Assembly (NCBI GenBank): GCA_021463485.1
Contig: JAJTYJ010000004.1
Span: 1 to 54,301, forward strand
DNA from: a bacterium
GTDB lineage: Bacteria > Patescibacteriota > UBA1384 > 2-12-FULL-50-11
Length of the DNA: 54,301 bases
Reading direction: 5' to 3'
A program made the position numbers and the translations under genes. Under the pieces are notes generated by a model. That model did no database searches, was not told the DNA's origin, and was given only the letters and a program-made list of their open reading frames with translations. Shown here one piece after another: positions 19,172 to 27,504 of the stretch. Every line of letters begins with the position of its first letter. The first letter of the stretch is position 1.

Positions 19172-21393
19172 TGTCAAAGAAATTAGTTATCGTAGAATCA
19201 CCAGCCAAAGCCAAGACCATCGGTCAGTATCTCGGCAAGGATTTTGTTGTGAGAGCGTCTTACGGGCACGTTCGTGACTTACCGAAAAGCAAGTTAGGGA
19301 TTGATGTCGACGACGATTTCGAAGTTTCGTATCAACTTATTCCTAAAGCTAAGAAGGTTGTGAGCGAAATAAAAAAAGAGTTAGATGCGAGCGAAGAGTT
19401 GTATCTTGCCACCGACCCGGACCGAGAAGGAGAGGCGATTGCCTGGCACTTAGTAGAGCAGCTCAAAACCAAGAAACCGATACATCGAATTAGTTTTACC
19501 GAAATTACAAAATCTGCCGTCCAAAACGCGATCGAAAAACCGAGACAAGTTTCGCGCGATCTCGTTGACGCACAACAAGCGAGACGAATTCTCGACCGCT
19601 TAGTTGGATACAAGCTCTCACCGTTGCTCTGGAAAAAAGTTTATCGCGGGCTATCAGCCGGAAGGGTCCAATCGGTAGCTGTTCGCTTGGTTGTTGAGCG
19701 TGAGCGTGAAATTAAGGCGTTTGTAACGAAGGAGTTTTGGACGCTTGAAGTTCAGCTAAAAACTAAATCAGCGCACTTCCCGGCAATTATTCTTGGAAGC
19801 GGCGCTAGCAAGTTAGAGCTCAAAACTGAAAAAGAAGCACAGCTCCTAGCAAAAAAACTCTCCGCAGCCGATATATCAGTTGAGACTATTACAACATCTG
19901 AAAGCAAACTAAAACCGCAGCCGCCACTAATCACCTCAACCTTACAACAAATGGCGGCTCGTGTTTGTAGTTTCTCCGCTAAAAAAACGATGAAAATTGC
20001 CCAAGATCTATACGAGGGCATCGATATCCCGGGCAAGGGTACGGTTGGTTTGATTACGTATATGCGAACCGACTCACACAACATAGCCGATTCAGCTAAG
20101 CGTCAAGCTGAACAACAAGTTAGCTCGATGTTCGGACAGCGCTATATTCCGTCAACGCCGAATACTTTTACAAAGAAAGTTCGGGGCGCTCAGGAAGCGC
20201 ACGAAGCGATCAGACCAACCGATTTTTCGATCTTGCCTAAGGAGCTAGAGGGCAAGGTCTCCCGCGATCATTACCGCCTCTATAACTTAATTTGGCAGGT
20301 CGCAACCGCTTCGATGATGAGTCCAGCTGAAGTTAAAACAACAGCTGTGCGTATTAAAACTTCAGCCGGCGTCTCACTTTCTGCGCGTGGTCGAGAGTTA
20401 ACTTTTGATGGTTTTCTAAAAGTCTACCCGGATTCCGAAGAACGATTTGAACGATTACCAGAGCTTGTCGAGGGCGAAAAGCTGGGTCTAAAATCTGCAG
20501 ATCCGATGCAGCATTTTACTGAACCGCCAGCTCGTTACTCAGAAGCAACACTCGTTCGCGAGCTTGAAAAACGCGGTATCGGCAGACCGTCGACATACGC
20601 TCCGATTATGAGCACGATTGTGGATCGCGGCTACGTTACTCGCCAAACCGGCCGGTTCTTTCCGGAAAAAGTAGCTGAAGTCGTTACGGATTTACTGGTC
20701 GAGAACTTTCCAAGCATCGTCGATTATAACTTCACTGCCGAGATGGAGGAGAGTTTAGACGATATCGCTGAGGGAAAAAAGGAGCTAGTTCCCGTTCTCA
20801 GGAGTTTCTACCAACCATTCGAGAAATTGCTTCAGGAGAAAGAAAAAACCATCGAGAAAAAAGCGATCGTTGAAGAGGCGACAGATAAAGTCTGTCCGAA
20901 GTGCGGCAAGCCGGTAGTGATAAAATTGGGGCGCTTCGGTAAGTTTTACGCTTGTAGCGGTTACCCAGAGTGCGATTACCGAGCACCGTTTTTAGACGAT
21001 GTATTCTCACCGGAGCAAGAGAAGCAGATTGCAGAGGAAGTAAAAGAAAACTGCCCTGATTGCGGCAAGTCGCTCGCTATTAAACAAGGTCGGTTTGGAA
21101 CATTCTTAGGTTGTTCTGACTATCCGAAATGCAAATTCACGAAACCGATTGTTATTAGTTCTGGTGTTACCTGTCCAAATTGTGGCAAGGATTTGGTGCG
21201 AAAAACCACGAAACGTGGTAAATATTTCTGGGGATGCAGCGGTTATCCGAGCTGTAAAACGGCGTTTTGGGACGAACCGATAAATAAAAAATGCCCTCGC
21301 TGTCAAAATATTTTATTAAAGAAAAAAGCTGGCATCAGTTGTAGTCAGTGCGACTATTCGGAAGAAGAAGGAGCTCCAGCCAAGGGGAAATAA
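19171..21393 (+). CDS. topA: DNA topoisomerase I
   Basis: Toprim LVIVESPAKAKTI, the catalytic-Tyr region YMRTDS, and four C-terminal zinc ribbons (CPKCG...CSGYPEC). Confidence 0.95.
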   Translation: MSKKLVIVESPAKAKTIGQYLGKDFVVRASYGHVRDLPKSKLGIDVDDDFEVSYQLIPKAKKVVSEIKKELDASEELYLATDPDREGEAIAWHLVEQLKTKKPIHRISFTEITKSAVQNAIEKPRQVSRDLVDAQQARRILDRLVGYKLSPLLWKKVYRGLSAGRVQSVAVRLVVEREREIKAFVTKEFWTLEVQLKTKSAHFPAIILGSGASKLELKTEKEAQLLAKKLSAADISVETITTSESKLKPQPPLITSTLQQMAARVCSFSAKKTMKIAQDLYEGIDIPGKGTVGLITYMRTDSHNIADSAKRQAEQQVSSMFGQRYIPSTPNTFTKKVRGAQEAHEAIRPTDFSILPKELEGKVSRDHYRLYNLIWQVATASMMSPAEVKTTAVRIKTSAGVSLSARGRELTFDGFLKVYPDSEERFERLPELVEGEKLGLKSADPMQHFTEPPARYSEATLVRELEKRGIGRPSTYAPIMSTIVDRGYVTRQTGRFFPEKVAEVVTDLLVENFPSIVDYNFTAEMEESLDDIAEGKKELVPVLRSFYQPFEKLLQEKEKTIEKKAIVEEATDKVCPKCGKPVVIKLGRFGKFYACSGYPECDYRAPFLDDVFSPEQEKQIAEEVKENCPDCGKSLAIKQGRFGTFLGCSDYPKCKFTKPIVISSGVTCPNCGKDLVRKTTKRGKYFWGCSGYPSCKTAFWDEPINKKCPRCQNILLKKKAGISCSQCDYSEEEGAPAKGK

Positions 21394-21440
21394 CGAGATG
21401 TCTGTTCAACCCCGTGTCTAAAGCGTGCTTGGGGTTGGGG

Positions 21441-21490
21441 TGCAGGGGATAGGGGTAGCGCTTCGCAAATAGCACCCCCTGTCCCCTGCA
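21441..21490. repeat. GC-rich palindromic intergenic element, copy 1
   Basis: TGCAGGGGATAGGGGT-loop(AGCGCTTCGCAAATAGC)-ACCCCCTGTCCCCTGCA. A near-identical copy lies at 27559-27606. Confidence 0.8.
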
Positions 21491-21519
21491 TAAAAAATGG
21501 CTAATATAACAAATGATAA

Positions 21520-22155
21520 ATGAGTAAAGTACTACCAAAATCCATTCAAGCACTAGCTGAAGTTCTTGGATCCTTGCCGGGGATCGGACCAAAGACAGCA
21601 AACCGTCTCACGTTTTATCTACTAGGGCGCGAATCACACGAGTTACAGCGCTTCGCTCAGGCGTTTAGCGAATTACGAGAGAACTTAACTACTTGTTCTG
21701 TTTGCCAAATAATCGCTGAGAGCGATCCGTGTCCGATATGCAGCGATAGTACACGCGACCAACAAAAGTTAGCAGTGGTTGAAGAGGCGCTTGATGTTTT
21801 AGCACTTGAAAAAGCAAGATTTAACGGTCGCTACCACGTTCTCGGCGGCCAGATCTCGCCGATCAACCACGTCGGTCCAGAGGACTTAGCGATCTCACAG
21901 TTACTCGAGCGACTCAATTCTAACGAAATCAAAGAGGTTATTTTAGCAACCGACCCGTCTTTAGAGGGCGAGGCGACAGCGCTATATATCGACGAGCAAA
22001 TTAAATCCGCGGTTGAATTAGGAACGATTAAAGAGCTTTCGGTAACAAGATTAGCACGCGGACTGCCAGTCGGTGGTGACTTGGAGTACGCCGACGAGTT
22101 AACGCTGAGTCGAGCGCTTGAAGGCCGTCGCTCGTATTCACAAAAAGACCAATAG
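21520..22155 (+). CDS. recR: recombination protein RecR
   Basis: LPGIGPKTANRL HhH motif, C4 zinc finger CSVCQ...CPIC, and a Toprim domain. Confidence 0.95.
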   Translation: MSKVLPKSIQALAEVLGSLPGIGPKTANRLTFYLLGRESHELQRFAQAFSELRENLTTCSVCQIIAESDPCPICSDSTRDQQKLAVVEEALDVLALEKARFNGRYHVLGGQISPINHVGPEDLAISQLLERLNSNEIKEVILATDPSLEGEATALYIDEQIKSAVELGTIKELSVTRLARGLPVGGDLEYADELTLSRALEGRRSYSQKDQ

Positions 22156-22172
22156 TTGGATACAATACTAAT

Positions 22173-22442
22173 ATGGAAGAACAAACAACCGCCGAAGAAT
22201 TTATCTGTGAGGATTGCGGAACGACAACACCCGTTGCGAACGAGTCGTGTACCAGCTGTGGCGGGCGACTTGTCCCGGTTGATGCGATGCGCGAACCAAC
22301 AGACCACGAACTCTCTGCAGAAGACGATGATCTTTCGGTGCCAGTTGATGAAAGCGGTTCGGAGTCGCTTGAGTCACTCGCGGAAAAAGAATTAAACGAA
22401 GACCAGCGGTCTTATAACGAAGACAGTTACGGCGACGAGTAG
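22173..22442 (+). CDS. zinc-ribbon protein with an acidic tail (89 aa)
   Basis: CEDCG...CTSCGG followed by a D/E/S-rich C-terminus. Confidence 0.55.
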   Translation: MEEQTTAEEFICEDCGTTTPVANESCTSCGGRLVPVDAMREPTDHELSAEDDDLSVPVDESGSESLESLAEKELNEDQRSYNEDSYGDE

Positions 22443-22500
22443 GACCGCAATTTAGTATCGCTTGACCGCTCCTCACTTCCAGCGAGCTCGTCGCTGAATT

Positions 22501-22538
22501 CTCAGCTGAAATTTGCTTCGCAAAACCAATCTTTCAGC
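22501..22538 (+). repeat. conserved two-stem RNA-like motif, copy A (upstream of cysS)
   Basis: CTCAGCTGAAATTTGCTTCGCAAAACCAATCTTTCAGC. Related copy at 31260-31299. Confidence 0.6.
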
Positions 22539-22603
22539 CCGCGTATGTCAAGCGACTACTTAATTGCTTTTTAAGTAAGAATAATTAAGGTACAAAGAAG
22601 AGG

Positions 22604-23938
22604 ATGTTTCGGATCTATAACACACTTACGGGTACAAAAGACGAGTTTAAACCAATTACCGACGGTGAGGTTCGAATGTACGTTTGCGGACCAACCGTTT
22701 ACGACTACGACCACCTCGGTCACGCCCGAACATATTTAGGGTTTGATTTACTGGTTCGTTTCTTAACCTATCTGGGCTATAAAGTTACATATATCCAGAA
22801 TATTACCGATGTTGGGCATATGGTTAACGACGCCGAAGTCGGAGCAGATAAGGTTCAAAAGAAAGCCCACGAAACAGGTCAAACGGTACGCCAGATTGTT
22901 GATCACTTTACTCAAGCACACTTGAGAGATTTAGAAGCGCTTCAGGTTCGATTACCTAATAATTTCCCTAAAGCTTCTGAACACATCAACGACATTATTG
23001 AGTTCGTTGAGGGACTAATTAAGGAAGGATATGCCTATACAACTGCTGCTGGGAACGTCTACTTTAGTGTCGCGAAAAAGAAAGATTACGGTAAGCTAAG
23101 CCATCGCGGCTTAACCGAGATACTTACTGGCACGCGAGTAGAAGCTGCTGGAGACAAACGTTCACCGGCAGATTTTGCCCTGTGGAAAGCTGCTCCAGTC
23201 TCAATTAACGAGATGACTTGGGATTCGCCTTGGGGTAGAGGTTACCCTGGTTGGCATATCGAGTGTTCTGCTATGAGTCGTAAGTATCTTGGCGACACTT
23301 TTGATCTACACGGATCAGGTCTAGAGCACGTGTTTCCTCATCACGAGAACGAGATCGCTCAGTCAGAGAGTTTAACAGGTAAAACCATGGCTAATTACTG
23401 GGTTCACACTGGGATGCTGAGTGTAGGCGGTCAGAAGATGAGTAAATCTCTTCACAACAGTCTTACTGTTCAAGAAGCACTAAAGCAGTATAGCGCTAAT
23501 GAATTAAGGCTCGCCTTTTACCAAACACATTATCGTAAGCCATTTGATTACACAAAAACAGTTATGGAGCAAGGAATCGCTCTGCGTCGCAAGATATTTC
23601 AGGCATATGCTATTTCTCCTGAAAAAACAGATATGCAAGTATTTGACGCAATTATAGACGCGTTAAACGACGATCTCGATAGCCCGAAAGCACTGCAACT
23701 CTGGGGTGAGAATGCTCAACTTATCAATAAAGCTGATACCGATAAGTTATTTGACATCTTTGGTTTAAGGTATATGCCAATTGAAAATAGTGACTCGGCG
23801 AAGCGATTAGCCGAAGATCGGGACGCAGCCCGAGCTAAGAACGATTTTCTCACTGCCGACAACCGCAAAGCAGAGATCGAGCAGGTTGGCTACGAAGTGG
23901 TTGATACCGTCAACGGTACAATTTATATACCGCGATAA
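22604..23938 (+). CDS. cysS: cysteine--tRNA ligase
   Basis: HLGHARTY (HIGH) and KMSKS motifs, plus WHIECSAM. Confidence 0.95.
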   Translation: MFRIYNTLTGTKDEFKPITDGEVRMYVCGPTVYDYDHLGHARTYLGFDLLVRFLTYLGYKVTYIQNITDVGHMVNDAEVGADKVQKKAHETGQTVRQIVDHFTQAHLRDLEALQVRLPNNFPKASEHINDIIEFVEGLIKEGYAYTTAAGNVYFSVAKKKDYGKLSHRGLTEILTGTRVEAAGDKRSPADFALWKAAPVSINEMTWDSPWGRGYPGWHIECSAMSRKYLGDTFDLHGSGLEHVFPHHENEIAQSESLTGKTMANYWVHTGMLSVGGQKMSKSLHNSLTVQEALKQYSANELRLAFYQTHYRKPFDYTKTVMEQGIALRRKIFQAYAISPEKTDMQVFDAIIDALNDDLDSPKALQLWGENAQLINKADTDKLFDIFGLRYMPIENSDSAKRLAEDRDAARAKNDFLTADNRKAEIEQVGYEVVDTVNGTIYIPR

Positions 23939-23955
23939 AAATTGCCTCACATTCA

Positions 23956-23984
23956 TTGACATCTTAACTAGCATATGCTATTGT
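23956..23984 (+). promoter_or_regulatory. sigma70-like promoter ahead of a structured non-coding region
   Basis: TTGACA(23956-61), 17-nt spacer, TATTGT(23979-84). Confidence 0.55.
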
Positions 23985-23990
23985 TCGTGC

Positions 23991-24400
23991 ACACTCAAAA
24001 AGTGTACTGCACCAAAACAAAACAGAAGTTGAAACAGTCGTGAGATCGCATCGGTAGTGCGCAGCGGAACCTACTTTCTAGTAGCTGTTCTGTCTACCAC
24101 GGCTTTTTATTTTACTTACGTTTGGATGTTTCGAATTACATCGTAGCGTTGCGCTCCCAGTGGGACGTATCCAACGCAATGATGTCGAAACAACCACTCG
24201 CAGGTATCTAAAACTTCCTTTATATAGTGCAGTCGCTTCGCAAGAAGCCTGCCGTGCGACGAATGTCCAAAGAGCTTTCGTTCATAGCGGCACACTTTAA
24301 CATTTAGTTCTCTCCAACTAGCTCATGAACGCGTGGTTACATTAATACCGCCTGTAACGTGAGCTGATTGGAGCGAACGTACCTTTCGCTCAATATGAAA
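23991..24400 (+). ncRNA. about 400 nt of ORF-free, hairpin-dense sequence. Candidate structured RNA(s), family unknown.
   Basis: Long imperfect hairpin 24128-24191. Stem CTCCAACTAGCTCA(24312-25)/TGAGCTGATTGGAG(24360-73) encloses GTTAC...GTAAC. Stem GAGCGAA(24371-77)/TTCGCTC(24385-91). Possible T-run stop near 24105-24115. Confidence 0.35.
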
Positions 24401-24402
24401 AT

Positions 24403-24541
24403 GGGGGCGTAAGGGTTCGACAGAGAGGGTAAGAGCGGTGTCTGAGCGTGGTAGCTCGAGTTGGGAAAATGCCTAAACAAAAACCAACGACAATCGTGTT
24501 TCTCTTTTTGGAACCGGGTTCAATTCCCGGCGCCTCCACCA
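24403..24541 (+). ncRNA. ssrA: tmRNA-like gene with a complete tRNA-like domain but only 139 nt long
   Basis: GGGGGCG pairs with CGCCTCC, including a G3:U pair, followed by ACCA. GGGTTCGAC D-analogue. T-arm CCGGG-TTCAATT-CCCGG. Helix-2-like AGAGAGG(24422-28)/TTTCTCT(24499-505). Confidence 0.7.
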
Positions 24542-24581
24542 ATCTTTGCCTTTGGCGCCGGGGATCACACAGTTACGGCGT

Positions 24582-24602
24582 ATTCCCGGCGCCTCCACCA
24601 AT
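24582..24602 (+). repeat. direct repeat of the tmRNA 3' end (att-like)
   Basis: ATTCCCGGCGCCTCCACCAAT is identical to 24523-24543. Confidence 0.85.
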
Positions 24603-24627
24603 ATCCTCGGCGAGTTTATCTCGCTTT

Positions 24628-24680
24628 CTCCAACCCGCTCGCAATTAATATCTACCGATGAGATTGCGAGTGGATTGGAG
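24628..24680. other. 18-bp imperfect hairpin at the tmRNA/island junction
   Basis: CTCCAACCCGCTCGCAAT(24628-45)/ATTGCGAGTGGATTGGAG(24663-80), two mismatches, no U-tract. Confidence 0.6.
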
Positions 24681-24868
24681 AGAGTAATAGTATATGTCTT
24701 CGTAGTTTCTGTTTGTCGGTGCCCTCTCGGCTGGGATTAGGGAGAGCTGTCATTACAGGCTGAGCTTGCTCGACCTCGACAGTTTCCCTCCTTCCCTCTT
24801 CCTGGCTGAGATGGCGCTGACAAGAGCGTCACCGCGATCCGCGGAATGCACGCACAGGAGTTACAAAG

Positions 24869-26041
24869 ATGAAGAAATCCGCAATTCTGATGGCGGTGGT
24901 TCTTGCCATTGCCCCAACTTTCGCAAAGGCACAGTTGCTCGAGTCGTTGCTCTTCGGAGCAATCAGCTCGGGTATCAACGCCCGGATCGCCCAAACGCAA
25001 GAACGTCCGATTTCGGCCGTCAAGGTCGTTTTCGACGTTTACATCGTCAAGGGTGATCAACCGACATATTTCACGAGCTGGGACCCCACCACTCAGACTT
25101 CGGTCTGGTTTGGTGACAAGGTTCTGCTGAAGGTGAAAGCCTTCACGAACAGTTCGCCTGCTCACGACCATACAATCTACGTCAACGACAAGCTAGTCGA
25201 GTGGCGGAAGGTCGAAGGTGGCAGGGTGGTGAGAGGTAGACCCAGCGGCGCTCAGGGCGTGGTTGGCGACTATCCGTTCATCGCCGTCAGCGACCTAGAT
25301 CTTGGAATCAACCAGATCAAGGTTCGTACGAGCCGTACGGAGTGGGGGAGCGCGACGTTTATTCGTCTCGATATCCGCCAGTTTCTCCAAATGGCCGCTG
25401 ACGAGCAAGCTCGCCTGGCTACGGCCGGCGCGGGTGGAAGTATGTATCCGGTCGTTCAGTCTTACACGGCTCAGATGCCGGACGGAACGATTCGGAACTT
25501 CACTTCGCTTGAGGAGTTCCAGATTGCCCTGCAGGGTCGACCGGCTAACCAGCCGCCGACTACGCAGACAGGCAACACCGCTTTGCCCGGTGGTTTTCCA
25601 ACTGGTGCAAACGTCGGTAACGCAGGAAACGCTGGAACGGCCGGTGCTAACCAGCCTCCAGTCGAGTTTTGTGCTGTTACTGTTGGTGCGATGCAAACAA
25701 GTTCGGAGCAGAAGTTCGACTTCCTCCGTTCAGAGCTGAACACCACCGAGCAGCAACTACTCGGAGATGCACGTCGTCACACGTTCGCACCGGAGGTAAC
25801 TGAGATCCAGTTATCCTCCCGTCGGAATCAGGTGGTACTGACGTTGAGCGACTCTAGGCCGTTTACAGCGGTGCTCAGACTCGACGACAAAGACCATCCG
25901 CTTTCGGTGCGTCGAAGCGGCGATCGCCACGAAGCGATAGCCTGGGGAAGTATCAAGCGCTTCCTTGGAGCGACGATCACACTGATCGACGCCGACGGAC
26001 GAGAGCGAACTCTCGTCTTCCGCTTGAGCGAGGAGAACTAA
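24869..26041 (+). CDS. secreted hypothetical protein (390 aa), high G+C
   Basis: SD AGGAG. Sec signal MKKSAILMAVVLAIAPTFAKA/Q. Central G/N/A/T/P low-complexity linker. I recognise no family. Confidence 0.7.
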   Translation: MKKSAILMAVVLAIAPTFAKAQLLESLLFGAISSGINARIAQTQERPISAVKVVFDVYIVKGDQPTYFTSWDPTTQTSVWFGDKVLLKVKAFTNSSPAHDHTIYVNDKLVEWRKVEGGRVVRGRPSGAQGVVGDYPFIAVSDLDLGINQIKVRTSRTEWGSATFIRLDIRQFLQMAADEQARLATAGAGGSMYPVVQSYTAQMPDGTIRNFTSLEEFQIALQGRPANQPPTTQTGNTALPGGFPTGANVGNAGNAGTAGANQPPVEFCAVTVGAMQTSSEQKFDFLRSELNTTEQQLLGDARRHTFAPEVTEIQLSSRRNQVVLTLSDSRPFTAVLRLDDKDHPLSVRRSGDRHEAIAWGSIKRFLGATITLIDADGRERTLVFRLSEEN

Positions 26042-26042
26042 G

Positions 26043-26795
26043 ATGAAACTGATCCACACCCCTCTCGTCATTGTCGCTCTGATCTGCGCCAGCCTCGCTG
26101 GTGCGCAGAGCATTGACCCAACAACGAGTTCTGGGACTCGGGAGTTCATCCGAGAGTACCAGGAAGGCCCGGACCTTCTGCTCTCCAAGGACTACCAATG
26201 GTCCTACTCGCGACTTCCGGTGAGCAACGAGGGCACGTACCGACGTGCCGGTCGTCAGGGCGAGTACGGTTGGGTTCACTACCGCAACCGTAACGAGTTC
26301 AAGTACGAATCACTCGCTGGTCGCCAGGTTCTCTGCGATCGCAAGACTGACCTTCCTCTTCAAATTGTCGCTTGCGGCAATCTGATCTGGCAGCGAAGCG
26401 CGGTCAAGACTGAGACCCGAACGCTGACGTACCAACGCACTTTGGTTCGAGAGTACCGAGTGACGGTACCTGGTCCCGAACGACGGGTCGAAGTGCCGGT
26501 CTACGTGCCGGTCGATCGGCCGGTCGAAGTGCCGAAGTACATTCCTGTCATGTTGCTGCCCACGCAACAGCAACACATCGCCAACCTGGGCGCTCCGACG
26601 GTGATCTCGCCGGTGATCGGCGGCGTCTCCTTCAATGCCCAGCTGGGCAAGGGCAATACGTTCAACGTTGCAGCTCTTGCTTTCGGCGGTGCAGGTGGCG
26701 CGGGCGGGAGCTCGTCTTCGAGCTCCAGCTCTTCCAGTTCTTCCTCTTCGTCGTCATCGTCGAGCTCCAGCTCGGCAGCAGCGGCAGGGGGATAG
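26043..26795 (+). CDS. secreted hypothetical protein (250 aa) with VEVP repeats and a C-terminal poly-Ser tract, high G+C
   Basis: Signal MKLIHTPLVIVALICASLAGA/QS. VEVPVYVPVDRPVEVPKYIPV repeats. Ends in about 30 Ser then AAAAGG. Start is 1 nt after the upstream stop. Confidence 0.65.
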   Translation: MKLIHTPLVIVALICASLAGAQSIDPTTSSGTREFIREYQEGPDLLLSKDYQWSYSRLPVSNEGTYRRAGRQGEYGWVHYRNRNEFKYESLAGRQVLCDRKTDLPLQIVACGNLIWQRSAVKTETRTLTYQRTLVREYRVTVPGPERRVEVPVYVPVDRPVEVPKYIPVMLLPTQQQHIANLGAPTVISPVIGGVSFNAQLGKGNTFNVAALAFGGAGGAGGSSSSSSSSSSSSSSSSSSSSSSAAAAGG

Positions 26796-26803
26796 AACAT
26801 CCT

Positions 26804-26849
26804 TTCCGAGGTGCAGGCCTTAAAACCTGTGCCTCGGAACATTTCTTTT
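26804..26849 (+). terminator. intrinsic terminator after the two high-G+C genes
   Basis: TTCCGAGGTGCAGG/CCTGTGCCTCGGAA (2-nt internal mismatch) followed by a T-rich tract. Confidence 0.6.
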
Positions 26850-26943
26850 CCGACTAATTAGAAGTCGAGATTAGTCTGAAAAGTGAATGAAAAAATATAA
26901 GCACACTTGCCTCAGGGCAAGTGAGATGATAATAGGAGATATA

Positions 26944-27486
26944 ATGAAATATATATTAGTTTCCATCTTAGTTGCCTTAACAGTAGCCTTTACTAGCCCT
27001 GCGCTAGTTGCCGCTGCTTCAAGTTCTAGTTCTTCGAGCTCAAGCTCGTCTGCTAGTTCTTCAAGCGCTGCTTCGGCTAGTGTTGGTGGCGTATCAGCTT
27101 CTGCTGGTGCCGGTGCTTCTGCTGGTTCGGCCGCTTCAAGCGGTTCGTCTAGCTCTAGCGGTTCGAGTTCATCTAGTTCTTCAAGTTCTAGTTCAAGCTC
27201 GAGCTCAAGTTCTTCGTCTGCAACAAGCGGTGGTAACACCGTAACTCAGACGGCGGATTGTCCGAGCGCTTTTGCTTCAGCCAGCTCCGCTGCTAGCTCG
27301 TCTTCGAGCGCCAGCGCAGCTAAAGCTGCTGCGAAGTGTGCCAACAAAGTGGTAGTTAGCAAGACTGTCACCACCTTACCAAAGGCTGGTGCGGAAGCTG
27401 CTATCCTTCCGGGTGCGTTAACAACCCTAGCGGTTGCTTTACGTCGCTACATGTTAGCTCGCAAAGAAGCTAACTTACTTGCGTAA
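26944..27486 (+). CDS. Ser/Ala-rich surface protein with a sortase-like C-terminal sorting signal
   Basis: SD AGGAG. Signal MKYILVSILVALTVAFTSPALVAA. Long S/A/G tracts. C-terminus is LPKAG plus a hydrophobic stretch plus RRYMLARKE. Confidence 0.65.
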   Translation: MKYILVSILVALTVAFTSPALVAAASSSSSSSSSSSASSSSAASASVGGVSASAGAGASAGSAASSGSSSSSGSSSSSSSSSSSSSSSSSSSATSGGNTVTQTADCPSAFASASSAASSSSSASAAKAAAKCANKVVVSKTVTTLPKAGAEAAILPGALTTLAVALRRYMLARKEANLLA

Positions 27487-27504
27487 TAACAAGTAAACAA
27501 AGGA

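Noticed and set aside
22443-22603. A T-box leader upstream of cysS.
   Set aside because: There is no T-box consensus (…GGUGGUACCGCG…), no specifier-loop architecture, and no terminator before the start.
23991-24400. RNase P RNA, based on GACGAAUGUCC (compare GAGGAAAGUCC) and AUGAAC...UGGUUACAUU (compare ACAGAA...).
   Set aside because: The two P4-like strands are only ~70 nt apart instead of ~280 nt. The core has a substitution, and no S-domain motifs are evident.
24403-24602. A circularly permuted (two-piece) tmRNA gene as an explanation for the short locus.
   Set aside because: Permuted genes place a T-arm-CCA segment upstream of the GGGG 5' end. I found no such segment in 23.9-24.4 kb. 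Here the 5' and 3' acceptor strands are in the standard order.
24448-24740. Three overlapping 64-66-aa ORFs on the plus strand across the tmRNA-like gene and its repeat.
   Set aside because: They run straight through the acceptor/T-arm sequence and its duplicate. They have no SD and read as translated structural RNA.
26501-27244. Long antisense and alternate-frame ORFs (113, 122, 78 and 62 aa) over the poly-Ser/Ala coding tracts.
   Set aside because: These are mirror-frame artefacts of low-complexity, G+C-rich repeats (poly-E/L/A translations). They have no signals of their own.
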